Below, piece after piece: positions 20,206 to 29,815 of a stretch of DNA of 64,000 bases (position 1 is the first letter of the stretch; every line of letters starts with the position of its first letter). The stretch is taken from contig JADLHJ010000011.1 of NCBI GenBank assembly GCA_020848835.1, forward strand, positions 10,862-74,861, in the 5' to 3' direction. The translations under genes were made by a program, and so were the position numbers. The notes below the pieces were generated by a model. That model searched no databases. It was not told the origin of the DNA and saw only the letters and a list, made by a program, of their open reading frames with translations. This DNA comes from Candidatus Hydrogenedentota bacterium (GTDB taxonomy: Bacteria; Hydrogenedentota; Hydrogenedentia; Hydrogenedentales; SLHB01).

Positions 20206-20326
20206 GGCAATACTCCTGTTCCCCTGCATATGACACCAAGGTGCCGGCGCAGGTTCGGGGACTTTTTGTACGGACACAATCGTTTTACACTATATCCAAC
20301 GATTTGTAACCTGGATTGTTTAACGC

Positions 20327-20557
20327 ATGGACACGCAGTTCTTGGGACGCGCCCTTATTGGCCTTGGCCTGCTAATCGTTGTGGCGGGATTGGTCGTCTA
20401 TTTTGGAGGCAAGATAGGTTTTTTCGGGCTTGGCAAACTGCCCGGCGACGTGCAGGTAGAGCGAGAAAACTTCAGGTTTTACTTTCCGATCACAACTTCG
20501 ATTATCGTCAGCGTTATACTGACGCTTTTGCTTACGCTATTCGCCAAGCTACGGTGA
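20327..20557 (+). CDS. DUF2905 small membrane protein
   Basis: 76 aa with two TM segments and GKLPGDVQVEREN motif. Confidence 0.65.
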   Translation: MDTQFLGRALIGLGLLIVVAGLVVYFGGKIGFFGLGKLPGDVQVERENFRFYFPITTSIIVSVILTLLLTLFAKLR

Positions 20558-22345
20558 TGTAGGCTCCGGCAGTTTTCGATTCGCGACCAACATCAGTTCT
20601 TTAAACTCAATTGGTCCGGCGAGCACTTCATACGACTTTATTCCCGCGACTTTGATCAAGCTTTGGCGGGTTAGGTAAATATAAGGTTTCTCGCCCGCAA
20701 ATTTTTCCTGTACGCGCGCGGGACTTTGCTCGAGAGGGATGACCGTCTGAGCGTAAAAATCAAACGCGGGATAAACTTTCGACGATTCGACCGTATAGCC
20801 GGCATTAACGTACTGCGCAGCGCGAATCGCAATTCTTTTGGGTGATTCGTCGCCGGTATTCTCGTCGCCGCGCGAGATGAGAAACAACAGGATTGCGCAC
20901 AACGACGCAATAAAAACACCCGCGCTCCGGTAGGTATGGCTGCGAAGCGAAATCAGGCACGCAGCCAATCCCAGCGCTGCGAGCGGGAGAATAAGCGCGA
21001 ACAGGCCTACAGAGAAATGCTCAACGGCGACATATACGACGCCGCCAAGCAACGCGACAATGAGCAGGACCAGCGCGCCAATTTGCCAATACTTGCACCA
21101 ACGCTCCATCCACGGTGATAACAAACCCGTGTCGATTTGAGCGACATGATGGCCAAGCGCGATAGCCATAAACGGAATGCAAGGCAGGATATACTCATAT
21201 TCTTTACCGGCAATCAACGAAAATACGAGTACGCTCAGCCACGATACCAATACGCAAAAACGATACATATCGCTTTGCCGCTCCCATTCGCGCTTCGAGA
21301 ACTGTAGCGGGAGCAAGAATCCCCAAGGCGCGAGCATGGGACCGATCATGACGAGGAAATACCAAGGCGCGCCACTGTTGATCTCGCTCGCGACGTAGGT
21401 ACGCTCCACAACTTGATTGTTCAGCATCGCGCGAATGCTGTCCCAGCCCATCGTGTGGAGTACCGCAAGCCCCCAAGGAAGCGCGAGCAGAACGCCAATC
21501 AGCATTGCGCCGAGCCAAATCCCGATGACCGAGAGCGGCAATCCGGAATAGCGCAATGCGAGAAACGCCCAGACCAGCATCACCACGACGAGCGCAATTG
21601 GTGCGCTGACCAGATTCGCATACGCCGGCAGCACGCGCGAGGCAAGAACCTTTAGTAGTACTTCCAAACCAAAAGCCGCGACGCTGACCTTGATTCCGAT
21701 GTTCATCACGCGTCCCAGTTGCGGACTGCTCGCCACGAGTGTCGCAACAAGACCTGCCCCAAAAAACAAAAATGGGACCGGCCCTTTTAACATCACCGCC
21801 GCGCCGAACGAAACACCGGATAAAATGCAAAAACGAATCCGCTGCTGCACGGGGTCGCTCAAGGTTGCGTTACGTGCAAAAAGAATGGCGAGAAATGTTG
21901 CGAGCGTGAGGGGAATATCCAGCTCCGCAAATCGCATACGCTGGAACGCGTATGGTGACGCCAACAGCGCGAGTGCGCCCCAACGTGCCGCGCGCTCTCC
22001 TGCTGCTTTTCGCGCAAACAGGTACATCGATACGACCAACGCCGCGCCACAAAGGGCCGTAGGCACACGCGCCGTGAATTCAGAAACACCCGCCACGGAA
22101 TAAACGCCCGCAATGGCCCAATACAGCAGCGGCGGTTTCACGAGATAGGGTTCGCCGTTTAGACGCGGAATGATGTAGTCGCCGGTGCGCAGCATGGTAG
22201 CGGGCGGCGCGGCGCGCTGACCTTCGTTATCCTCCCGCACGTCGCCCACGCCCAATGCGTAGAACACCGCGACAAGCGCGACGCAAAGCAGCACGATCCA
22301 GAATCGATTACCCATTCCCCGATAAGTCCCGAAACAACCAGCCAT
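20549..22345 (-). CDS. GT39/ArnT-like glycosyltransferase (polyprenyl-phosphate sugar transferase family)
   Basis: Multi-TM protein with the N-terminal GT39 pattern DxxxEGxRAxxAxxMLxTGDYIIPRLNGEPYLxKPPLLYW. Confidence 0.75.
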   Translation of the reverse strand: MAGCFGTYRGMGNRFWIVLLCVALVAVFYALGVGDVREDNEGQRAAPPATMLRTGDYIIPRLNGEPYLVKPPLLYWAIAGVYSVAGVSEFTARVPTALCGAALVVSMYLFARKAAGERAARWGALALLASPYAFQRMRFAELDIPLTLATFLAILFARNATLSDPVQQRIRFCILSGVSFGAAVMLKGPVPFLFFGAGLVATLVASSPQLGRVMNIGIKVSVAAFGLEVLLKVLASRVLPAYANLVSAPIALVVVMLVWAFLALRYSGLPLSVIGIWLGAMLIGVLLALPWGLAVLHTMGWDSIRAMLNNQVVERTYVASEINSGAPWYFLVMIGPMLAPWGFLLPLQFSKREWERQSDMYRFCVLVSWLSVLVFSLIAGKEYEYILPCIPFMAIALGHHVAQIDTGLLSPWMERWCKYWQIGALVLLIVALLGGVVYVAVEHFSVGLFALILPLAALGLAACLISLRSHTYRSAGVFIASLCAILLFLISRGDENTGDESPKRIAIRAAQYVNAGYTVESSKVYPAFDFYAQTVIPLEQSPARVQEKFAGEKPYIYLTRQSLIKVAGIKSYEVLAGPIEFKELMLVANRKLPEPTSP

Positions 22346-22352
22346 CTACCCT

Positions 22353-22387
22353 AGAACACAAAAAACGCCCGGCATCTCGCCGGGCGT
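22353..22387 (-). terminator. rho-independent terminator after gene 22412..23188
   Basis: Minus strand reads ACGCCCGGCGAGATGCCGGGCGT followed by TTTTTGTGTTC. Confidence 0.55.
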
Positions 22388-22411
22388 TATGAACATATTG
22401 TCGAGCTACGC

Positions 22412-23188
22412 CTACTTACCGTTAATCGAACCTTTGCGCGCTTTCTTAATCATATCGCCTGAGTAAGGATTGCCTTCCTTCACCCGCTCATCGGCCTTCG
22501 CTGCATCGTCCGCGTCTTTCCATTCGCCGGTATACTTGAGTCCACCGGGTCGCGGTGTGTTGCGATCGCGCGCGTCTGCAGGCCATTTCTGCTTAGAGAA
22601 TTTCGCAGCGGCGCGCGCAACCTCTGCCCGTTCTTCCGGCGTCATTGCATATCGATCGACTTCCGATTGCGCGACAGTCACAGCGCCCGGACCAAACACC
22701 GCGCCCACACTACCGGCGCCGCCGTAGTAAAAGATCGCCGCAGTAGACGGCAAATCCGCCAGCGCGGCGAGGCGCCGATCCGAATCGATGAATTCGTTCG
22801 CGGGATGCGTCTGCTCGACTGGAAGTGGATACTGCCCGGCCATGCCCATATAGGTGCCCGCACCGATTTCAACGAGACCGCGGCGAACACCACGAAAAAC
22901 CTGCACGCCACCACCAACGCGACCCGCTTTCTGCTCGCCTTCGTTTACGGTAAAGCGAAATTGATACTTAAACGCTTTAAGACCGCGCCAAAAGGCTTTG
23001 AAAGGACGCGTTGCTGGTTCTTCAGGATTGCCGTACTTGCCCCAGTGTGAAGGTTCGATTGCCGTGCGCGGCTCGGATCTTGTGCTCTTGTGTCCCCAGC
23101 TCATCGCTGGCGGCGTCAAATCATCTACCGCACCGGCCGTAAACGAGACGGCGCAGGCCGCCGCTATCAGGAGTCTCATCCGCTTCAT
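22412..23188 (-). CDS. secreted hypothetical protein
   Basis: Signal peptide MKRMRLLIAAACAVSFTAGA. 258 aa. No recognisable domain. Confidence 0.5.
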   Translation of the reverse strand: MKRMRLLIAAACAVSFTAGAVDDLTPPAMSWGHKSTRSEPRTAIEPSHWGKYGNPEEPATRPFKAFWRGLKAFKYQFRFTVNEGEQKAGRVGGGVQVFRGVRRGLVEIGAGTYMGMAGQYPLPVEQTHPANEFIDSDRRLAALADLPSTAAIFYYGGAGSVGAVFGPGAVTVAQSEVDRYAMTPEERAEVARAAAKFSKQKWPADARDRNTPRPGGLKYTGEWKDADDAAKADERVKEGNPYSGDMIKKARKGSINGK

Positions 23189-23333
23189 GAAGTCTCTCCA
23201 TGTAGAGCCGAATTCCGCTTCGGCTTGGCACTAAATGCCTCACGCCAAAAAGGATACCAATGTCCCTCACGCATATTCAGTTTACAACAACGCCACCGTG
23301 ATTGCCAAGCCCAAATACCGCGGAGCCCGTGGC

Positions 23334-24815
23334 TTATTCTGCCACGGTGATGGCAAGCGTAGGCCGCCCTCTCTCGCCGGAAATTGCCGACGCCCAATAC
23401 CACGCACTCGCGTCGGGCCACGATTCTGTGTCTTTGAGCCAATCGTTCAATTCGCCGCCTTGGGGGTGGTCCCAGTTCAGCGCGATATAACATTCACGCA
23501 CACTTGTCTGGCTGCCATCCGGGCCTCGATACCAAAACCTGCTCCAGAGGCGTCCGGCCTCGTCGCGAAATGTCGGCTGTGGCGTGCATGTTCCGCCCTG
23601 GGCAAGATAGCAGTTTTGCGCTGAGTGCAAGTCACGTGTCGGCCCATCGCATAATCGCAGCAGTACATGCCTCTTGCCGTCGTGCCACCGAAATTGTGCA
23701 GACTGGCCGGGCACGTCCTGAAGCCAGGCCTTCATAGCGCCGGTCTCTTCAACGGGCTCCAACCATTTACCGTTCCATGTTTGCGGCCATGCTATCGCGC
23801 GATGCGATACTTGCGACGGTTTTGATGCAGCTTCGCTTACGCCAGAACGCACACCCGCCACCACGCACCCCATCACAAAACATACCGAGAGCAATCTCCC
23901 GGCGGGCAGCCTTGGCCACACGAGGTGCCGTCTTGCGTCCAGCCTCTTCCAACTTCTGATTCCGTTTGCGATCACTAGAAGGAGCAACGCGCATTCCGCG
24001 AACACGATAATCCCTAAAACACCGTGCTCGGGATAGTCCGGCCCGATTCCTGCCACGTACAGCGTTGCCGCGCGGTGGGCGTTCCCGAAAATCGCAAGTG
24101 CAAAAGATATTGCTATTAGAAGCGCAGTGCGCAACGGATTAAATTGGTACAGCACTGCGACACCCGCGCCCATCGCGATTGACGCCGAAAGCATGCGCAC
24201 GCCACTGCATGGCGCGTCCACAAAAAACGTCGTCGCGCCGTTTGACAGCGCGGTCCCCTCCGCCCGAATTTCCGGCCCCAGCATGAACGCAGCGATGTTA
24301 CTCGACGCCACGCGCAATGGAAATCCGATGAAGAAATCGAGCGATGTCGCAACGTGGACACATAGCAGCATTAGCACCGCGATCCCCCACGCGCCCCGCC
24401 GCGATCTTGATGCGAGCGTTCCCATCATGGTGCATCCGACAATTCCAGCAGCCAACTCACACCGAACCAACTGAGGCGCAGTAGGCCAAGTCAGCGCATA
24501 CAACCCTAACAGCACAACCGCCGCGATCAACCAACCGCGCGCCGGGGCAACGCGCAAAGGACCGCCCGACGGGCCCGTGATCAGGAACAGCCACGCGCCA
24601 ACGGCGAACAGAGCGATGACCGCGCCCATCGGCGATCCCCACGGCGCAAACCAGCGTATCCACAACTCGGGCGCTGCGGCCCAGACCGCGGCGACACTTG
24701 CCAAGACCCAAGAGAAGCCAATCAAAGTTTGGAGCGCGACGCGCTGCGGCGGCACGATCTTTGGGTGTGCGTGCATCACCAGCACGTCAATTGCTTTATT
24801 GGCGGCAGAACCCAT
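23334..24815 (-). CDS. exosortase (EpsH/Xrt family) fused to a C-terminal EpsI-like domain
   Basis: Eight-TM core with active-site motif FFVDAPCSGVRMLSASIAMG (exosortase Cys-Ser-Gly-Arg). C-terminal about 190 aa carry an EpsI-like LHSAQNCYLAQGG motif (compare HSPxxCLPGxGW). ATG at 24815 lies 2 nt after the upstream stop (TGA AC ATG). Confidence 0.75.
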   Translation of the reverse strand: MGSAANKAIDVLVMHAHPKIVPPQRVALQTLIGFSWVLASVAAVWAAAPELWIRWFAPWGSPMGAVIALFAVGAWLFLITGPSGGPLRVAPARGWLIAAVVLLGLYALTWPTAPQLVRCELAAGIVGCTMMGTLASRSRRGAWGIAVLMLLCVHVATSLDFFIGFPLRVASSNIAAFMLGPEIRAEGTALSNGATTFFVDAPCSGVRMLSASIAMGAGVAVLYQFNPLRTALLIAISFALAIFGNAHRAATLYVAGIGPDYPEHGVLGIIVFAECALLLLVIANGIRSWKRLDARRHLVWPRLPAGRLLSVCFVMGCVVAGVRSGVSEAASKPSQVSHRAIAWPQTWNGKWLEPVEETGAMKAWLQDVPGQSAQFRWHDGKRHVLLRLCDGPTRDLHSAQNCYLAQGGTCTPQPTFRDEAGRLWSRFWYRGPDGSQTSVRECYIALNWDHPQGGELNDWLKDTESWPDASAWYWASAISGERGRPTLAITVAE

Positions 24816-24817
24816 GT

Positions 24818-27550
24818 TCACGCGCGCCTTAACTGCTGCCTGCGCTGGTAGGCCACCCACGCGAGCACAATACACACAACAACAATCAACGCCCACTCGT
24901 GTGGCTCCGGCACGCCGGGTATTGCCTCTTCGTTTTTCGTGGGATCAAGACCGTGCCGCGCGTATTGTTCCATCGTTTCAAGCACGACGGCGCCGGAGAG
25001 CGGCGTTACCAACCGCGCTTCAATGGCAACCTGACGGAGCGCGTCAATCTCGTTCGACTGGTGGCTCTGCACTGCTCGCATGACAGCATCATTCACGGCC
25101 AGTCGCACAAGATGGCTTGCAGGGGGCTCAATTGCGGTTTGCACCGCAGCGTCAGAGACACCCATGGCAAACTTCGCGGAAACGGATTCTGGGGATCGTA
25201 TTTTGACGACCTGCGAAATTGTTTCTTCCAACGATTCGAATATGGGCACACGCTCGATAATCGCGAGATCGCTGCATTGCTCCAATAAGCGGTTCGGCCC
25301 GGGGACGGCCTCTATCGAGAGTATCTTCACACTCGCGCCACCGCGTCTGCGCTCCCACTGCCGCAGTGGTTCAACGGAAGATAGTTCGACCGGCAACGGT
25401 CCATGAACCCAAATCACCGTACCGCCGCTACCCGCAATATCGCAGGCATGCACAAGCGCCGGCACCTGATCGCAACCGCCTACATACTCGCGCGACGCCA
25501 GCCACTCTCCCAGCGTGGTCGAAGGCGCTGACGATTTATCTTCATAAGTCTCGACCTTGCTTCCCGCAAGCACTGCATTAACATCGACGTCGTCAGGCAC
25601 AGACGACAGAATAGACTCCCAAGGGATGTTTGTATCGCGCATCGACGCCGATCCATCCACCACGAAGCATATCGGATGCTTGCTGCCCGCATTCGGCAAC
25701 TGGCGCGTCATCGTCGCTGATTGAGTTCCCAACGTACCGAGGAAAATATCGTCCGACGTATAGGAAGCAGATACATTGATCGTTCCAGCGTCTACGCGCT
25801 GAAGATCGTTTTCAGCCAATGCGCCGCGCAACGCAATACGCCCGGGCGCCGGCTCTTCCCACTGGAGCGATTTCGACGAAGCCTCGACACCGGCATCGCA
25901 TTCCACCCATACCCCATGTGAAAACTCCGGCGGAACCGTAAAATTGCGTTCGGAGATATACGGCAAACGCAGGTAGGATTTTCCGTCGCGCTCGACTATA
26001 GGCGCGGTAACGCCGATCTTCAGTTTCATCGTGCTGTGGGCATTGATCGGAAAACATTGCAGGAGCACCTTATCGGGACCGCACACATTTAGTAACGCAG
26101 GATCGCGCCGCTGCACGACTGCCACGCTTTGATACGCCTGGCGCACCTGGTCGCGCCCGCCAAACGCGGCTTCGCGTTCTTCCCCGTTAATCCAAAGCGT
26201 CAACCTGCTGGCAACGGCACCGTGCGGCAAGTCAATCTGTGCGCGGGCCTCGCGCTGCCTCCCGGACGCGTTGTTGAACTCAATCGTCCATTCCATATAG
26301 GCGAGGTGCGGCGATCCTTCCGCACCCAGGCGCATGATGTTTACATCCATCGTGCTCGCGTGCAGGGACAATCCGTGCACGCGGCCTGCAACACTGGTTC
26401 CGCCGATTTCGCTGTCAGTCACGCGAGCGTCTTCAAAATCCTCAGCCATCAGGGTGCGTGTACGAAACGTGCCGCGCGTGTCCGGTCGCGGCACGGCGTT
26501 ATATGGCACGCCTGTCACGCGAAAATACAAGTCGCGACAAGCGCCTTGGCGCGCAATGTCTTCGGCGGTCCAACGTCGCGTGGGCCCAATCCCGCGCACA
26601 ATCGGCGAATAACACGTCAACAACACCTGATGTTCGAGATGAAGGTTACGAATGAGGGCGATGCCGCGGTCGCGTTCAGAGGGATTCTCGCTCAGTGCCA
26701 TTGGAATCACTTGTGCGGCAATGAGCCGCGGCCCCGCGTAGATTGAACCCGCCGCAATCACCAACAGAGTGCCCGCAGCCGAATACCAGACTGCCTTAGC
26801 CCAGTGCGTGGAAGTTTCCGCGCGCAACCGGTAAAGCGCGCGCATTTGGAACAGGCCCGCAATGAGACAGAACAGCGGTGAAAAGCCCATTATCCCCAAG
26901 CCGAAAGCCAGAAGCGCAAAAACAGCGATCGGCAAAATAGGGATATACACCGCCGCATAAATCAGCGAGAGAGTTGTTGCGTATGCGTTGGCAAAAAATA
27001 CGGCGTTGTGCCAACGCGCGATCACCTGAGAACTTTCAGCGGGCTTGCGCGTAAGCATGTACAGGAAGACGTCTGTCGCAAGTATGGAAGCCAGCAGCAA
27101 GACGCCGGCGGCAAGGTGCCACGCGGTGGGAATCGGATCGGCGTACAACTCCGCCATGGCCCCCATCGAAAGCTCGAACATCAGGGAGAGCGCGGGAATG
27201 ACTAAACCACAGAGAATTACAAAACTGCGGCCGCTCACCGAATAGATCGGCCTCACTTTTTTCAACCGCTCCTCTACCGCAACGTGCGATCGCCCGTTGC
27301 CATTTGATCGCGCGACGCTATCGCCGGCGACGTCGGCAACCTGTTCTGGCGTGCCGATGCTGGCAATGGCATGTTTCACGTGGACGTCTGTGACGAGCAG
27401 TGGCGATTTACCTTCTGCTTCTGTGCGGATGTGTTGCTTCAGCCCGTCGACGATTTCGTCTGCGTCGTCGCCGTTTGCGCGCGACAACGCGTCTACCCGC
27501 GCGAGATATTCGTTCAGTTGCTTCTCGGCCTCGGGAGTCCATTGCGTCAT
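24818..27550 (-). CDS. HAAS(DUF1700)-like N-domain, multi-TM, VIT-like plus vWA, PEP-CTERM-tailed protein
   Basis: Residues 1-75 (AEKQLNEYLARVDALS...DEIVDGLKQHIRTE...IASIGTPEQVA) have the HAAS/DUF1700 pattern. About six TM helices at residues 105-285. VIT-like block at about 385-520 (TIEFNN, LWINGEE). vWA MIDAS DGSASM at 632-637. Terminal GVPEPHEWALIVVVCIVLAWVAYQRRQQLRRA is a PEP-CTERM-type sorting signal. Confidence 0.75.
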   Translation of the reverse strand: MTQWTPEAEKQLNEYLARVDALSRANGDDADEIVDGLKQHIRTEAEGKSPLLVTDVHVKHAIASIGTPEQVADVAGDSVARSNGNGRSHVAVEERLKKVRPIYSVSGRSFVILCGLVIPALSLMFELSMGAMAELYADPIPTAWHLAAGVLLLASILATDVFLYMLTRKPAESSQVIARWHNAVFFANAYATTLSLIYAAVYIPILPIAVFALLAFGLGIMGFSPLFCLIAGLFQMRALYRLRAETSTHWAKAVWYSAAGTLLVIAAGSIYAGPRLIAAQVIPMALSENPSERDRGIALIRNLHLEHQVLLTCYSPIVRGIGPTRRWTAEDIARQGACRDLYFRVTGVPYNAVPRPDTRGTFRTRTLMAEDFEDARVTDSEIGGTSVAGRVHGLSLHASTMDVNIMRLGAEGSPHLAYMEWTIEFNNASGRQREARAQIDLPHGAVASRLTLWINGEEREAAFGGRDQVRQAYQSVAVVQRRDPALLNVCGPDKVLLQCFPINAHSTMKLKIGVTAPIVERDGKSYLRLPYISERNFTVPPEFSHGVWVECDAGVEASSKSLQWEEPAPGRIALRGALAENDLQRVDAGTINVSASYTSDDIFLGTLGTQSATMTRQLPNAGSKHPICFVVDGSASMRDTNIPWESILSSVPDDVDVNAVLAGSKVETYEDKSSAPSTTLGEWLASREYVGGCDQVPALVHACDIAGSGGTVIWVHGPLPVELSSVEPLRQWERRRGGASVKILSIEAVPGPNRLLEQCSDLAIIERVPIFESLEETISQVVKIRSPESVSAKFAMGVSDAAVQTAIEPPASHLVRLAVNDAVMRAVQSHQSNEIDALRQVAIEARLVTPLSGAVVLETMEQYARHGLDPTKNEEAIPGVPEPHEWALIVVVCIVLAWVAYQRRQQLRRA

Positions 27551-27915
27551 GGTTTACCTTCCTTTTCCAACAAGCTGCCGATGTCGTTGGCCAATCCGCA
27601 CCAATAGGTCCGCATAGCATGCACGGTCCTACGTCCTTCATCGGTAAGAACGTAATATTTCCGCGCGGGACCGTTAGAGGATTCTTCGAGACGCGATGTG
27701 ATGAGGCCCGCACTGCGCAGGCGGGATAGGAGCGGATAAATGGTACCTTCGGTGATGACCAAAGCTTTGATGTTGGCGAGACGCTTCACTAGATCATAAG
27801 CGTACATCTCACCCTCGGCCAAAACGGCGACGATGCACAGCTCAAGCAATCCCTTCCGGACCTGGGTCACCCAATTGTCCAGGTCGAATGCAGTCGGCTT
27901 GGGCTCGGTATGCAT
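27547..27915 (-). CDS. PadR family transcriptional regulator
   Basis: Winged-helix motif LELCIVAVLAEGEMYAYDLVKRL...GTIYPLLSRLRSAGLI...KYYVLTDEGR. Overlaps the downstream gene by 4 nt (ATGA). Confidence 0.85.
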   Translation of the reverse strand: MHTEPKPTAFDLDNWVTQVRKGLLELCIVAVLAEGEMYAYDLVKRLANIKALVITEGTIYPLLSRLRSAGLITSRLEESSNGPARKYYVLTDEGRRTVHAMRTYWCGLANDIGSLLEKEGKP

Positions 27916-27951
27916 GTATTAATTCTAATACAAACTACCTTGTTATGCAAG
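27916..27951 (-). promoter_or_regulatory. candidate PadR operator palindromes abutting the padR start codon
   Basis: GTATTA-ATTC-TAATAC perfect palindrome at 27916-27931, directly 5' of the ATG. Second palindrome CCTTG-TTATG-CAAGG at 27937-27951. Confidence 0.3.
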
Positions 27952-28036
27952 GAAATCTTTCGCCGATAATGAAGCCCGGGACGCGGGGGTTACTCCCCGC
28001 CTCCCGGCTAATTACCACACCGCAAGAGACTTACGA

Positions 28037-28672
28037 CTATTTGGTGCGTTTTCGAAGACCCATCGCAGCGAGTCCCAGGCCGAGCAATCCGACAGTGGCC
28101 GGCTCTGGAACCACGCAACCGTTTAGGCTACCGGCATAGACACTGTCGTCGCAGGGACCTTGAGTCCATTTTACTGCGGCTGTGTTGCAGGAGAAGTCGT
28201 GGCATCCGCCAGTTGGCAGACCGGTGAAAAAGTCGAGCGTATCTAAATTGCTGCCAGTGACGAGGAAAGTTACGGTCACATCGTTTCCATTGGTGAGACC
28301 CCAGTTTCCCCAACCCATGTCGAACTCGTAGTCGTAGGTGCCGAAGGGGCCTGCGGTGGAATTGGGAGTAAGCGATGTGTTCGAAAGCGGGCCGTCGCTG
28401 AGAATAGACATCGACGTTACGTCGCTCGACACATTGAAATACAATTCGGAGAGCGTATAGTCGTTCGGCCAACTGGTCTGGTTGAATATCTGCATCGTCA
28501 ACACATTGCTGCCGGCGTCGAAGCCCCAGATCACTTCGGCGTCAAACACGCCTGCGTTCGGCTGATCGTTATCGCTCAACTGCCCGCTAAACAGAATGAC
28601 TTCCGCGTTCGCGGATAATGTGGCAATGGCGATCAGCGCCAATGTCAGGATGGGTAAATAACGTGTCTTCAT
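28037..28672 (-). CDS. PEP-CTERM sorting-domain protein
   Basis: Signal peptide. C-terminal VPEPATVGLLGLGLAAMGLRKRTK. Confidence 0.8.
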   Translation of the reverse strand: MKTRYLPILTLALIAIATLSANAEVILFSGQLSDNDQPNAGVFDAEVIWGFDAGSNVLTMQIFNQTSWPNDYTLSELYFNVSSDVTSMSILSDGPLSNTSLTPNSTAGPFGTYDYEFDMGWGNWGLTNGNDVTVTFLVTGSNLDTLDFFTGLPTGGCHDFSCNTAAVKWTQGPCDDSVYAGSLNGCVVPEPATVGLLGLGLAAMGLRKRTK

Positions 28673-28968
28673 GGCAACAGCCCCCTACTACGTACTACTT
28701 GTGTAAGTTGCGATGGCAACTACTGGGTTGAGGGGTAACAATTCGAGTGCCAAGTGTTCGTTCAGAATGCCATCCGCATCAGGTTTGCGGTGGCATTGCA
28801 CGTAAACAGCGCTACGCACTCACGTTGGAAAAATTCGGAGTTCGACATATTTGTGATATGCGAAAAATAGCGTAACGGAGATTATTTTATGCAGTTTATC
28901 AATACACGCGTAAGGTTGTGCACGGGTGATTAATCTGTAAACCTACGTAAAATTAGCTACTTTCTTGA

Positions 28969-29010
28969 TTGGAGAAAATAAATGAGGCGAAGTCCACAAG
29001 ACTTCGCCTC
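28969..29010 (-). terminator. rho-independent terminator after PEP-CTERM gene 29033..29815
   Basis: Minus strand reads GAGGCGAAGTC-TTGTG-GACTTCGCCTC (11-bp perfect stem) followed by ATTTATTTTCTCC. Confidence 0.6.
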
Positions 29011-29032
29011 CTCGTAATATACCGTGAATGTA

Positions 29033-29815
29033 TTAGGCGCGTTTCATGCGACGGCGCAAACCGGCCGCGGCGAGGCCGAGTCCGAGTAACGCGAGGCTGG
29101 AGGGTTCGGGAACAACGACTTGCACGTCGCCTTCCGTAATCGCCCACTCTTCAAATCCGCCGTTGTTGTTCTCGTTCACGCCGAAAAGCGAGTAGAGATA
29201 AACATACTCATCCCCAGTTGCGAACACGCTGCTCGGAACATAGAACAGCATGTCGCCACTGCCGCTACCACTGTTGAGATTCGCATCAACGAGGATATAT
29301 GAATCTTCCACTGCGTCAAGGTCGTAAACGAGCGTAGAGTCCGCCAAGTCGATAATGCCGGCTGTAAATGTCTCCGCACTCTGATTCGGCGTGCCCGACG
29401 TGAAGATCTGAATCTCATCCAGCGAAATAAAGGAGTCGCTACCCGACTGGTTCACGTCCAGAATAAATTCGCGATACTCGACACCATCGATTACGACAAC
29501 CGGGATATCCGTCAGTAAAAGTTCATGGTTGAAGTTGTCAGGCGCACCATTGTCGAGCGTTCCGTTTTCGGTGGTGTTATACGCCTGAACCGTGTCCGTA
29601 TTATTACCGATCTGCACAAAGCTATCGATCGTTCCAGTACCTGTTGCCTGCCCGTCCCACTGAAGAAACAAGGCGCCATTGACTTCGCCTTCGGACCCTA
29701 CAGTTGTAAGATCGACGGTTTCTGCTGAAACGACACCGGCGAAGGCCAACGCGCTCAGCATTAGAATTGTTGATTGAATTCCTCGCCGCATACTCATTTT
29801 CATCATCCTTTGCAT
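29033..29815 (-). CDS. PEP-CTERM sorting-domain protein
   Basis: C-terminal VPEPSSLALLGLGLAAAGLRRRMKRA. Signal peptide after MQRMMKMSMRRGIQSTILMLSALAFAGVVSA. Several in-frame ATGs lie between 29789 and 29815. Confidence 0.8.
   Translation of the reverse strand: MQRMMKMSMRRGIQSTILMLSALAFAGVVSAETVDLTTVGSEGEVNGALFLQWDGQATGTGTIDSFVQIGNNTDTVQAYNTTENGTLDNGAPDNFNHELLLTDIPVVVIDGVEYREFILDVNQSGSDSFISLDEIQIFTSGTPNQSAETFTAGIIDLADSTLVYDLDAVEDSYILVDANLNSGSGSGDMLFYVPSSVFATGDEYVYLYSLFGVNENNNGGFEEWAITEGDVQVVVPEPSSLALLGLGLAAAGLRRRMKRA

Noticed and set aside
28737-28752. TGGCAC-TCGAA-TTGTT sigma-54-like site upstream (minus strand) of PEP-CTERM gene 28037..28672
   Set aside because: The -12 element has GT instead of the near-invariant GC, so it is not called a promoter.
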